A DNA stretch of 64,000 bases from Macrostomum lignano (taxonomy: Eukaryota): positions 558,001 to 622,000 of the forward strand of contig NIVC01000127.1 in the NCBI GenBank assembly GCA_002269645.1, written 5' to 3'. This document shows, one piece after another, positions 25,770-38,349 of the stretch (positions are counted from its first letter, which is position 1; each line of letters opens with the position of its first letter). The notes beneath the pieces are model-generated. The model saw only the letters and a program-made list of their open reading frames with translations, did no database searches and was not told the DNA's origin. A program made the translations under genes and the position numbers.

Positions 25770-28680
25770 TTCGTATGCACTTTTCCTTTGCCCGAGCTTA
25801 TTAAAAGCTGAAAAGAAACATTAGCAAACAGTTCCAAAGCTAGGCAGCTTGGCCTAGTAAGACACACACACACACAGGGTGTACAGCAGCCCTGGCTTGC
25901 TAATGGTCAGGCATGTACACTCTGTGCCTTAGGGATTGGCTCTCATGACTGTTGATCGCGCCACATCCCCCAGCCAAGTTTTGTACACAAGCCCCAAATG
26001 AGTGCGGCTGCACACAGATCATAGCATCACTCTTAAGACTTCTTTTGTATAATTCCCCAACTCCCTTTTGGTTAAACTATAAATATATCTTACAGTCTAG
26101 TCGAATAAGTAACTTGACTCAATTTTTAAGTTTATTTTCTACTGAGTAATACGAGCTACCATTGACCTTTTTGAACAAAGTCTAGTTAAAGTTCATAGTT
26201 TAATAGAAAGGGTCTTTGTTTCAATTGAATTTCTACAAGTGCTAAGATTTCTTACAGTGTTTGAATTGAATTTATGCTTGTTTTTTAATAAGACTTTGTT
26301 TAAAATAGGAGATAAAATGTTATATTTGCAAGTTGAACAAATTTTAAAATATAATGCTCAAATATCATTGATTTTGAGACAAAATTATCTACTATAGGGC
26401 CTATATAGCCATTGCCTTATAACCGTTTGGAAAGCAATGTATGCTAGGATTTCTTGGCATACAATGGTCTTACCATTTATCAGCATACATCAGGATTTAT
26501 CCCAATGTACATGACAGCAGATACATTGTGTCAAATTTTTTGCATTGGCATACAAAGCCAATGTACAAACAAGGTCTTGTCATTTTTTCCAGTATTAAAC
26601 CTGGCGTATACTAATACAAGTACAAAATCCAAACTATAGCTTTTAAAAGGCTTATATTTATAAAAAACTGGCCAAATTGTTTTTAAATTTAAATAAAGCT
26701 TTGGTTTAAGTTTTATATATAGCTCTATACTTTTTTGCCCTTGGATTTAAGTCCCATATAAAATTTGTATTTGCATACAACATATAGACTTCATTAAGAT
26801 AAGTGTGAATTTTTGTCTTTCTTTTAATAATCCTAGGTAGTCTTATACAAAGCTCTAGTAGATAAATTTGAAAACTAAAAATATAGCCACTTTGATTTTT
26901 TTGTAGAAAAATATCTTTGTATGTAATGTCTATAAAGTCTATTGACCTTCTAATGCATTAGCAGTTTAAAAAAATAACTAGTCATTAAGAATGCTGACCA
27001 ATTTGGCGACAAACTAATTTGGCAGCAGAGATTGACAATGGACCAATTTGGCAAAAGCAAATTCAATGACAATCTAGGCAAATTTGGCGAAAATTAATTA
27101 ATGGAAAATATTATGTATAATTTGGATAATTTCTTTAGTACAATGGTATTCTTCAATGCATATTAGCTTTCCCTTTTAATTGAGTTTGGTTTATCTATCA
27201 TTTATCCTTGTGAGTTTTGAAAATCCTTTCCAAGAAATGTTCGTTAATTTAAGGTTAGGCTGTGTGGGCCTCATAATAAGCAAAGACCTTTGAGCCTTAG
27301 AAAAAACAAGGAAAATGATTTTCTTGTATGCCTAATAAGGTTACAATGTTGGGGAAAGGGATTTGCAAAAATATGCCATGCAAAGAAAAATGACAAAATT
27401 AAAAAATGTCAAGTGGTCCCCATGTACCATGTATATGTACCATATTCTCAAATATGCAAGATGTCCAATTTAACAACACACTTTTTGGTTAGGCCTATTT
27501 TAACACACTTAATGTGGCAATTTTTTATATTTTTAAACTTTCACAAGTATTTTAGGAAACCCTTTATTACATGTAATTTGTTTTAACTTGTCTTTTAAAC
27601 AAGTCAAATAACTTGTCTTTTATGTTGCCAAATTTGTTTTTGCTGAATTTGTGTGTTAAATTTCTGTCTCTGAATTTGTTTGTTGCCAAATTTGTGTACA
27701 TCTGTCATTTAGACCTTATATATTCACAATTAAAAAAACAATTAGGTGCAAGACTTCTCTATCTTTCCAAGTTGACAAAATGGCAATTGACAAAATGAAT
27801 GGGCCTAGGATCCAAAAATTTATTTTGGCTAAAAATAATTGGCTAGTAGTTATACCTATAATCTATATGATCATTAAACTAATACATATTAGACCAAGGT
27901 TAACTAGCTTGCTAATCAAAAATAGACAAATAGGCCTATTAATAGGTCTATTTATTTTAGTAAAAAATATTACTAAGGGCAAGGCAAGGCCTTAATTAAT
28001 ATAATAATTTAGTGGAGTTTTATAAAAAAATCCATCATAGCCAAAGAAGGCTCAGATATTATGAAAGATCATTCCAAGAGGCTTTTTAAAAAGCCAGATG
28101 GTTCAGATAAGATCAAAGTATCTGTATATATCTTATTATTTTATATCAGAGCAGCTACACAAAGACTGACTGCAACTGGCTCAATAACCTGCAAGGCTGT
28201 TAACAGCCTGAGGGAGCCTATAAGCAGAGAATCCAACCAGAAAAAAACTGGTGGAAGTGTAGCACTGATTCATCATGATCAACTTAAAGCATTTTATTAA
28301 GCTCTATGCTCAGGCCTACACGCAGCTAGCCCTGGCCTAGGGTCTAATTTAGACCTAATTTCATAGGCCTAACAATTATACAAAGTACAAACATATAACA
28401 AAAGACGAGAAAAGTGGCCATGTGTCTATTGCCATAGGCCTATTCGATATTGTCATTACCATCTAGACCCTCTGGCCTCTAGCTGCGCTAACACTTTTGC
28501 TAACTTTTGTGGAACCTACCAATTTAGCCCAAATATTAGGATTAGAACTAAAGCTACTAACAAAAATTATAGCAAAAGCTATAAAATCTTGTTAAGCTTG
28601 GCAAATCTATGGTGATATAGCAGACTATCAATAACTAAAAAATAAATTAGACTACAGGTCTAGAGCCCTTTTTAATTTCG

Positions 28681-29060
28681 GGGTCTCCCTAAAACACGCC
28701 CCGCACCGCCCTGCAGCGCTACACATTAAAACAAATTGGACTATAACTGAAGACACTTCAAAATGCGTTTTCTGTTAAGCTTCAAAGTTTTTATTAAATT
28801 TAGTTTTTTAAATTCGAAATATAAAATTCGGTGACTAATAAGTGATAATAATAATAATATTAATAAAATAATAATAATATAATTTAGTAATGAAAACGAG
28901 AATATAAAAAATAATAACAATATTTAAAATAATAATTAAAGATATTCATTACATTACTCCTACAACAAATTGTTTTCTTTGAAATCAAATTCCGCATTGA
29001 CAAAAAATGTTATAATGTGTAGCGGTTCGGGGCGGTGCGGTGCGTGTTTTAGGGAGACCC
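28681..29060. mobile_element. 380-bp Mutator-type MITE
   Basis: Perfect 9-bp TSD TTAATTTCG (28672-28680, 29061-29069); ~48-bp TIR GGGTCTCCCTAAAACACGC(C/A)CCGCACCGCCC...GCTACACATTA; AT-rich interior. Confidence 0.9.
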
Positions 29061-30732
29061 TTAATTTCGAAGGAATCATTTTGCATTCATTCATTTTAAC
29101 AAAAAACTGCCTTTTAGCCTTTAACAGCAGTGATCTGACTAACCGAGATTATCCCTTATCCTAAAATTTTAGATATACTATGCAATGCCTGAGTATCACA
29201 AGTCGATAGAAAAGTAAAACTCGCACTAAATATGGTAATTTTCACACCTTTAAACTGTAGCAGAAACAGAGGCAAGGATGTCCATCGAATTTAACTTTGA
29301 GCCTTTACCGCCCAATCACGCGCTTTCACAGCTCGTCATGCTTACAAGGCACACTCTAAGGCACAAACAGTTACAGTTCGTACCATGATTCAGCATTTAT
29401 TGGACTCACTGCATGGAGTTACTAGGGGATGCAATTCAACTGATATAAATTACGAATATAAGTACCGAGCGAAAAGATAATATATGAGTATTAATACATT
29501 GTGATGCGATTGCTTTGCTTTACTCAACCCCGCCACGGGTTGGCACCATTTTAGATTACGAAAATAGGGTGTACACACTACCCCCTCACGAAAAAACAAA
29601 TGTCCCGATTGCGCTGAAAATTGACACATTCGAAGAGATTGACTTTATAAGATGAAAAAATGCTCCGTGGCAGCGGAGCATCAAAAGAGCAGGGTGCGGT
29701 GGAACCTAATTATGGATGGTAGCCGGATGTCCGCGTCTTCTGAATCTCCAGCAGCCGGCACAGCTAGGCTCCTGATGACCTTGCCGTCCACGGCCTTCCC
29801 ATGGTAGGAGTGCAGAACGTGCGGGGCTCCGAAACGCGTTACCCAGTTGTCGAACTGGGCCTTGGCGTTGGTGTGGCCGCTTTTTCTTGTCGGGAATTGG
29901 CACCAGTTCGACCCAGTTAGTGAAGTTGTCGACAATGGTGAGCAGCCGATCGTTGCCCCGCCGTGACAGTCCGTCCTACCTTGACCGCGTCGATGCCCAC
30001 GCGCTGCATAGGGAATACACTCTGCAGCGAAGCTCGACGCAGACTCGGTGTCTTGGCGCGCTGGAAAGCAGGCGAAACACCGGGCCGATGTCTGGATCGG
30101 AGCTGCAGTTCACACAGTGACTGAGGCACATCGGAAGCGCCTCGCCCTCCAGAACGGCCTCGTCGCTGATTTCGTCCTCGCCGCGGTTGTAGCTACTGCT
30201 TACGTCTTGAAGCACCCTGTCGTTCTGGCCCGGCGTTGGTCTGGGCAGCCGCAGAGGTAGCAGGCGCTGATTTTGCTGCGTTTGCTTGCACGGAGTTGAA
30301 TTCGGCTGCGTCGATCCGGTCGGCAGCCGCCGCAGTTGGCACCGGCGCCTTGACAATCGGTTCTGTCTGACAGGCGGCTGTTGAAGTCTCGACTGCCGCC
30401 ACCGCAGTCGTCCCTGGCCGACAGACTCGACCCTGGCTGGTGCACTTTTGCTCTCGTCGAGAGAGGGCATCTGCGGTGCCGTGTTGGCGGCCTCGGCGGA
30501 AGACGACCTTGAAGTTGAACTCATCGGGCAGCTGCAGCCATCTGGCCGCAGCTGGCGTAGGCGACGCGGCGCTGCTCTTCGACCCGCTCTTCGCCCGCCT
30601 GCACTTGCGAGAGCACCGCGCTGATTGCGTAGTCACTCGCGTCGGTGTCCAAGATAAATTCGGAGCCCGACTCGCTCTGTCGGTGAACGCCAGGATCGGA
30701 GCCAACAGCAGCGCTTGCTGCTTCAGCTGGTT

Positions 30733-32250
30733 GGGGTCAATGAAATTTGCTTGCCGAAGTTTGCTTGCGGAATTTCGCCTGCCGAAGTCTGCTTGCCGAG
30801 CTTTGCTTTCCGAACTTTGCTTGCCGAACTTTGCTTGCCGAGCTTTGCTTGCCGAACTTTGCTTGCCGAAATTTGCTTGCAGAAATTTTGCTTGCCGAAC
30901 TTTGCTTGCCGAAATTTGCTTGCAGAAATTTTGCTTGCCGAGGTTTGCCAGGCAAAGTTTTCTTGCGGAATCTTAAAGAACCTATTTTTGAGCTCTTTGT
31001 ATTTCTAATTTTCATTTTCTAGGGGCCTTTTCATATTACCAATTCCAGAATCAGAATCGGTTCGGATCTTCCAAGAAAAAAGCAGTATAACTATTTAATT
31101 CTGTTGAATGTTTGACTGCCTGCCTCACTTAGCACAATTTTTCACTTTCTTCTTGGCGATTGTCATTCAATAATAAAAACTTTATAGCACGTATCTCCCT
31201 CTAGTTATGGAGACAAAAAGTTATACTTCACAAATTGGTTCTGGTTCTGGAACCAGAACAAGCAATATGAAAAGGCCCTAAGATTCGTGGAAGTCGCTTA
31301 TAGTGTTATGATTTTAGCCCTAACGCAGAAACTTTCGAAACTCCACGAAACTTTCGGTTCTATTTAACTTTTGTTCCTCGGTGACAAGTACACGGCACTA
31401 GTACTCGTGCAAATCCGCTAGTCCAAGTGCGTTTACAGTTTATATACTGATTATTATTAGCACATGCATTTTTATACATTAGCATCACTACAATTATCAT
31501 ACCTGCTCAATCGCGCTGAAATCAGGAACTACAGATTTATACTGTTACCGATCCCTATCTACCTATACTAAATGTCTAAGCATTCTATATACTACATTCT
31601 TAGAATGAAACTCTATAAGCCTAGTGTGAAAGCTTAGTGTCAAGTCAGTTTACGTCGACGCTGATAAGAATCCACTTGCAAAGCAAAGCATCTGTAGACT
31701 GTAGTAAGTAATAATTGACTGACCAACTTCACACCAATCAAAACAAGCAAGCAAACAAGAAAATAATTCGGCAAGTTAACATCTTGCAATTGTGATTGCG
31801 AATTTCTAGGAGGCAGACATCAAAATTCCGCAAGCAAAGTTCGGCAAGCAAAGCTCGGCAAGCAAAGCTCGGCAAGCAAAGTTCGGCAAGCAAAGTTCGG
31901 CAAGCAAAGTTCGGCACGCAAAGTTCCTGCAAGCAAACTTCGGCAAGCAAAATTACTGCAAGCAAATTTCCTGCAAGCAAAGTTCGGCAAGCAAAGCTCG
32001 GCAAGCAAAGTTCCTGCAAGCAAAGTTCGGCAAGCAAAGCTCGGCAAGCAAAGTTCCTGCAAGCAAAGTTCGGCAAGCAAAGCTCGGCAAGCAAAGTTCC
32101 TGCAAGCAAAGTTCGGCAAGCAAAGCTCGGCAAGCAAAGTTCCTGCAAGCAAAGTTTGGCAAGCAAAATTCCCGCAAGCAAAGTTCGGCAAGCAAAATTC
32201 GGCAAGCAAAGCTCGGCAAGCAAACTTCCCGCAAGCAAACGTCGTACTCC
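30733..32250. mobile_element. 1.5-kb foldback/Mutator-type element with inverted 15-bp minisatellite arms, inserted into Gypsy pol
   Basis: Perfect 9-bp TSD CAGCTGGTT (30724-30732, 32251-32259); GG...CC termini; TTGCTTGCCGAACTT array at ~30745-30968 and inverted array at ~31828-32238. Confidence 0.9.
31023..31278. mobile_element. ~256-bp PIF/Harbinger-like MITE nested in the foldback spacer
   Basis: 15-bp perfect TIR GGGCCTTTTCATATT/AATATGAAAAGGCCC; 3-bp flanks TAG and TAA (TWA-like, one mismatch). Confidence 0.65.
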
Positions 32251-34519
32251 CAGCTGGTTGAAGGTCGGCTCGGCTCCGGGCATCCACTAGAAGAGCATCG
32301 GCGCAGAGTCTTTAAGGTCCGGGGTACCGGCCAGTCCCACACAGCCGTGGTCTTGCACTCATCGATGGTGATGCCGGTCTTGTTGACGCTGTGGCCCAAG
32401 GACTATCATGCTGGTATTCGCAAATCCAGCACTTTTACGGCTTAAGACGCAGGTTGAACTAACGCAGTCGCTCTAAAACTGGCCGCAACCGTTCTTTGTG
32501 CCGGCCGATGGTCTGGCCCATCACGATGACGTCGTCAATGAACGCAAGACAGCCCTACCACGTAAGTCCTCAGAGCACCAGCTGCATGAGCCGCTGAAAC
32601 GTGGCCGGTACATTCCGTAGTCCGAACGGCATCACGTTGAACTCAAACAAGCCTTCATGGCACACAAACGCCATCTTCTCATTGTCCCGGTCGGCCATCA
32701 CAACTTGCTGGCAGCCGCTTTCGAGATCCAGCTTTGAGAAGTACGAGCTAGCTGTTTTCTTCGAGAGCGTCTAGTGTCATCGATGCGGGGCATCGGGAAG
32801 GCATTGGGCTCGGTCACAGCGTTCAGAAAGCGGTAGTCAAAGCAAAATTTGGCTGACACGTCCTTCTTGCGAAACAAAACGATTGGAAACGCACAAGGGG
32901 ACGATGATGGTCGGACGACACATTTGGGAGCCAGGCGCCGCAGTCCTTAGCGAATTGGCCTGGCGTCGCCTGTGTCGATCTCGTGCTTCAACAAGTGAGC
33001 CTGGGATTCTGGGGCCTGCGAAGACTTTGCTGAACTCTAGCAGGTGGTGTTCAACTTTTTGCCGTTCCTTAGTTGGGATGTCATCAGCGATTTGCACCTC
33101 GTCCTGGCCAGGTCATTGCAGTAGTCGAATCCACCTCGCTGCCATTGCCAGATCCTCCGGCTTGCAGGTGCGCCAGGGCTCGACCAGACAGCGAGCTGAA
33201 GTTGCCAACGATGTCGCCCTCCTTGATCTTGACTGCCTCATCGCTACTGTTTATGAATGCAACCCCCATTCCGTGATCAGCCAGCTTGGACACGCTGCAG
33301 TCAATCATCACTTTAGCCGCCTTGCTGCTGCAGACGACGCCTGGTGCCTCCAAGTTCGTCCACGCTGCCGCGCTCGCTGGCCGCACCGGGATGATCCAGT
33401 CATCGCCTGGCCGCAGTCGAGCCGCCGCTGCCGCCAGCTTGTACGTCTGGGCCACCTGCCTGGATGTCCGCATCGGCAAGGTCACGCCGAGGCCGTTAAA
33501 CTCGAGGATGCCTGATCTCAGGTGAATTGAAATATCAGATTTGTTGATGAAGTCGCATTCAATGATAACCAGTGCGCTGAGGCCGGCCACCGTCAGGAAC
33601 CTGTGTCGAAAATGAAGCGAACCAAGAAAAAAAAAATTAGCTCGTATCTTCGCCCAGCAATGTTGCTCGATTGCCGCCCACGCCAAAGATGGTTGTTGAG
33701 CTGGGTCTCAGCTGCCGCCTGAGCCTGGCAGAGCGCACGATGTCGCTGCTGATGCAGGAGATCTCGGCATCCGTGTCGATCGTGCACTGCTGGCGTCTTC
33801 TGAGCATGCGTGCGGTGATGAAGCGCACTTGGTCAAGCTGGCAGCTGAGGCTTGGGGGGGCAGGGCCGAACTGCATAGTGCTGAGAGGCCCGGTGCTGGC
33901 CCATTGGACCAACCCCCAACCCAGGGTTTGGGCACCTCGGGAGGATGTGGCCAGGCTGATGGCAGCCGTAGCAGATGGGCTGCTGTTGGTGTGCAACGAC
34001 GTCAGCTGGTCTCCATGGTGGCGCCGGGGCCGCCTGCGCTCGGTGAGCCGCTGTCTGATGATGCTTTGTCGGCTGTGTCCCATGCGGCGACCGGCTTTCC
34101 ATCAGTGTTGACTGAGTCGGTTCCTATGCAGCTGACGTCTCGGCGCTGCGGTGCTGCGACGGGGAATTCATGATCTGCCGGGTCTCGCGCACTTGCTGGG
34201 CATAGTACAGGGCCTGATCCGGTGTAGTACTTTTGCCAAAGCCACTGTTCTACTAGCTAGATCCTACACGCTTTTTACTGGACAATTACTGGTGAAGACA
34301 AGAAAGATCGGTCTGTCCCCCTAAACACTTCCTGAACTTGCATGCGCCCTGCTGTCCTAAGTTGTTTTTGTTTGCTATTTTCCCAGGCAGCGACAATAGC
34401 AAAGTTAATCTTAGTCATAGCGCAAGTCTGAAGATTTATTCTACTAACTACATAGCACGGATCACAACAATACCTACGTTGCAGATATTTCTAGCCGTGT
34501 GACCCCTGTGTCTGCCACG

Positions 34520-35188
34520 TGTTTCAGAAACAAAACAAGCGTGATAAAAATATTTCTATTCCTTTATCGAAACATTCCTGAAAATCAAATTGCTTTGGTT
34601 ATTTGTTAGCAAAACAAGGGCAGATTTGGGTTCTTTGCGAAGTCTTTGGGGAGGCGTGAATACGAGCAAGGACAGGCACGCACTTATCGTTTCGTCGACT
34701 GACTGCTGGCTGGGGCCTAGATGTTTGCGTCGAAGGCTTAAGGCGCGCTCTGTGACGCTGCTGTTTTTCATTTGAGATGTCTACGACAGAGCGTGATTTG
34801 TTGTTTGAACTCAGTTGGCTTTCGACTACTGACGAATCCTTAAGTCTAGGCTCAAGAACAGAAGACAGCCCGTGTACGAGCGAACCGATTACCGATATTA
34901 GCTATTACTAAGCGATCAAAAATTCAGGGGGCTCAATACTCGTACATTGCGTGCCGCAGCATGGACTCATTTTCGGGGGGGGGGGGGAGGCACGTGCCCC
35001 GGTGCCGCAAACTCCCGCCGCCCATGTCCAGATACCTAATCTTAACCTAGAAATCTAACATCTGCCTCAAGGACAACTATAACGTAACTTCAGTTGTCCT
35101 TGATCTGCCTGTTGTTTAAAACATACGAGTATAGCACTACTTTTGAATTGTTTACAATGCTACCTGTTTACGGCCTTTTTCTGAAACA
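34520..35188. mobile_element. 669-bp TG...CA-bounded segment: candidate 5' LTR of the Gypsy element, or an independent TIR element
   Basis: 11-bp inverted termini TGTTTCAGAAA/TTTCTGAAACA; followed on the - strand, after 2 nt, by PBS-like TGGCAGACAC; no matching second LTR found. Confidence 0.4.
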
Positions 35189-36049
35189 CACACACAACTG
35201 GTTCTAGTGCCGAAGTAGAAGTTTTGAGCTTCAAGCAACACAGCGGTTCAGGCTGGTGCTTATCTAAAAATGAAACCGAAATAATCGAACTTCTGGCGAT
35301 CTATTTATGTTATTCATCCATGGGACACACACTAGCCCAGCTGGGAAACGCATTTCTGCTCTATTTTTCGGCTGGACAGCCGCTCTGGATGGAGGGTAGC
35401 AACGGGGCTTGGAGAGATAGTCGCTGAGCTCTTTTCTCCTTCGCCAAGCAATGGTCGAAAGCCAATGGCTCACAGTCCGTTTCCAATGCTTTCCGAACTC
35501 TGGTAGGAAAGCCGGTTGAAGCAGTGATTTTTGTTGTGTGGCCAATCGGATAGGGATTAGCCAACTTAGCGCTGAGCATAGGCCACGAAGACTTTGTAAT
35601 ACTCGTAACTGGAGCTTCCTCTTCAAACTGCGCACAACTACAGCGAGTGGAACTGAGCCCCGGCCCAGTCTTGAGCCAGAGAGGCATTTGAAAGCAGATT
35701 TTCATGCCTTCTTTTCTCCACGGCATACTTTTTTTCCATGATTGAGCCAGGTCACCTCTTGTCCGAATGTCTTAGTACACCTATCGCACGTGAAGGTGAC
35801 TGGTGTTGCTATGGTCCTATGCATCCTTTCTCTCTCGACTTCCTTCCCTCCCCGGGTTGTTTAGCCTGAGTTTTAGCGACGTCAGAGTCGGCTACTTTCT
35901 GCCGTCGTTGACAAAAAGGGTCGGTTGGTCGGGGGCGGCCTGACCGCTTTTCCGGATCTCCGGACTCTTTTCCCTCGGGTCCATCTTGTCAGGACTACTC
36001 CCGTCCGCTTTCCGCCACAGAAGGCTGGACCACATTGGAAAGCGATCCA

Positions 36050-36900
36050 AGGTTCGGCTGTTCTGGCGACGGTACCCGCTGCTTCGTCTTCTGCTTCTGC
36101 TCACCTCACCTGAGCACTGAGTTCTGGAACAGCGACCGGGGGAAGCGGCTGCAGCGACTGCGCGACCATCAGGATCGGCTGCGCAACATCCTCATGATGG
36201 AAGGAGCAACAAGCTGGACGACAAACTCCGCGATAAAGACAAGCTTGACGACGCCATAAACCAGTGCGCCGACATCAGCAGTCGACGGTCCCGGCGACTT
36301 TAACGCCCCGGTGTGGGGTCGACCCGAGCCAGCTGAACGCCGACGAGCGCGACCGATTCAAGGCTGACTGGCGCGACAGCGGCTTCAACGAGTTCAATCG
36401 CCAGCGATCGAATCGGACCGAGACGTCGCCTGCAAGACGTTCGGCCGCTGGCCTGCCGCAAGAATAACTGGACAGAGGCCGGCCTGCCCAATACCAGCGT
36501 CATCGTCTGCGCACACGAGGCCTGGTCAGGACGCTGCACTCCATGCTGGAGAGGTCGCCCTTCGAGCCTGCTGCACGAGGTCATCCTGGTGGACGACGCA
36601 TCGACTCGACCGCAGCTTGGCCGGTCTCTGGAGGATTACCCGTCTGTCTGAGCTGGGTACCCGGACGAACACTCGGTTTAGATTATTATGGAATGCCGCC
36701 TGATCCATTCAGCCCGCGGGCGCTGCCTCGCTTTGCTTCACTCGGCCATAGTGTTCGTAGCCGAGGCTTAGCGGCATTGCCTGCCGTGACAGCGAGGGCC
36801 AGCAGGGCGAACGAAAGAGCGATGGCGACTCCGGCTTATCCTGGGAGCTGCCGAAGCCGCTTGACCTGTCCGATGACCGGTCCGTGGAGTCAGGTGCTTC
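36050..36900 (+). pseudogene. Frameshifted polypeptide N-acetylgalactosaminyltransferase (GALNT/pgant) remnant
   Basis: Across three frames: GFNEF / ASDRIGPRRRLQDVRPLAC / LPNTSVIVCAH-EAWS / RTLHSMLERSP / LLHEVILVDDAST / LEDY, matching the GALNT GT-A N-terminal motifs. Confidence 0.8.
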
Positions 36901-37699
36901 AGTACCGCCTTCGACAATCAGCGTTGCCAAAGCAGCAGCGCCTTGGCAGCTCGTGAATTTTCGGCGAACGAAATGCATTACGGTGTTCCATTCCAATTAG
37001 CGCAAGACAGGCATCGTCAAATGTGAGACTTTTAAAGTTACAAGCAGTGCGCGACGACTGTGTAATTTTGAGGGCCTGAAACTGGCATGGCAGATGGCCT
37101 TATGGTTGATAGACTACTACTTTTCAGTATCAAGTACTCTTTTTGTAAAGGTTTTTACGCAGAAAAGGAAAAATGGTTTAGCTTTGCTTGCATGCATTCC
37201 CCACGCTTAACCGTTACTCCAGTGCATTTTTCAAACGCGCATCATTGTACAATTGTTTCGGGTTTTTGCTTTTAAAAAATGTCGTCATTAATTTTTGCCT
37301 CGGTTGTTAACTCAGGCGGAAAATCTAGGAATACAGTGCGTCAATGATGCAGCACCCGTGCGTAGTGAATATCATCCAGGATTATAACTTTGCAAAGGAC
37401 AATCTGCAATTGAAAGCCACAGCCGCTGTGTTCATCAAATCAGACGGTTAAATTAAAGAATTTCTGCGCAATGCAGGAGACCCCCTAGACTTAGAAAATA
37501 CAATAGGATGCGCACGTGTGCCAGCGATTCAAGTTGGACAGCGTGGTGTTGTTCCGACGTGCTCGTTTGCGCGGTTTCGCAGAATCACGTGGCTTTGCTA
37601 AGCAGGTATAAGACGGCAACACTTTTGGAAACTCGAGGCCTGTTATCTCCCAAGCGGCCAGTTTGAGACAGATTTTGTACGAGCCCGTAGAATTTTAAC

Positions 37700-38347
37700 A
37701 GTAGAAAGACCATGGGGTGTATTTCAAATACACACATTTTCCTTTGTCTGTATCTCCAAAAATATTCAACCAATTACCATGAAAATCCAGAACACGGGCT
37801 AAAATTTTCCGCTCTATTCGATGAAGCAACTTCGAGAATCACGAAAAATCGGCATCATCGAGATATTCAACGATTCTCCTCGGGGTGTCACGTAGCAAAA
37901 ACCACCAACATTGGCAAAATTTTTCTGCTCACAAAATCTCATCATGAAACCACGTCGGCTCAACAAACTATGCATATCGGTCGTGAGGCCTTTGTTCTCA
38001 GCGTCCCAGGCACCAGGGTACCCCTCATCACCGTCTGGAGCAACGGCGGCGACCGTCGGGACCTTCAACAAAAGCACCCGATCTGCATCTCAGAGACGGC
38101 TGCGTTCCCAAAACTGAAATGGAAGAATCCTCTTCTGCATGCAGCATTCAGTCAGTAGACATAATCGGTGAATGAAATGGAGGATGACGACCCTCTAGGC
38201 TGACCTGTAGACATACAGGCGACCTTCGGGACCTTCAACGGAGTGCCACCTTGCGGCCCTGACGCTCCCCAACATCGTGATTTTTCTATCAAGGCTCCAA
38301 ACCAGGCATGTCTGCACATTATACAATGCATTTGGACCATGTTAAAT
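37700..38347 (+). mobile_element. 5' fragment of a decayed piggyBac-like element, inverted relative to 38350-39850
   Basis: 37985-38347 is the reverse complement of 39222-39584; weaker match extends outward. Confidence 0.7.
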
Positions 38348-38349
38348 TG

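Larger units (their letters stand above)
29578..34519 (-). mobile_element. Decayed Ty3/Gypsy LTR retrotransposon internal region (gag-PR-RT-RH-IN order)
   Basis: Zn knuckle CYGCHQPGHILPRC (~33950); protease TIDTDAEISCIS (~33780); [33 protein letters not shown] (~32520-32750); WDWPVPRT; APILAF and HGTADALSRR; integrase remnant RFGAPHVLHS; PPT-like GAGGGGGTAG ending at 29578; many frameshifts. Confidence 0.88.

Noticed and set aside
26995-27800. AATTTGGC / GCCAAATT repeats as another foldback element
   Set aside because: Too degenerate; no definable termini or TSD
30715-32290. LLAELCLPNFACR / KQSSASK ORFs as pentapeptide or LRR proteins
   Set aside because: Translations of the 15-bp foldback arms
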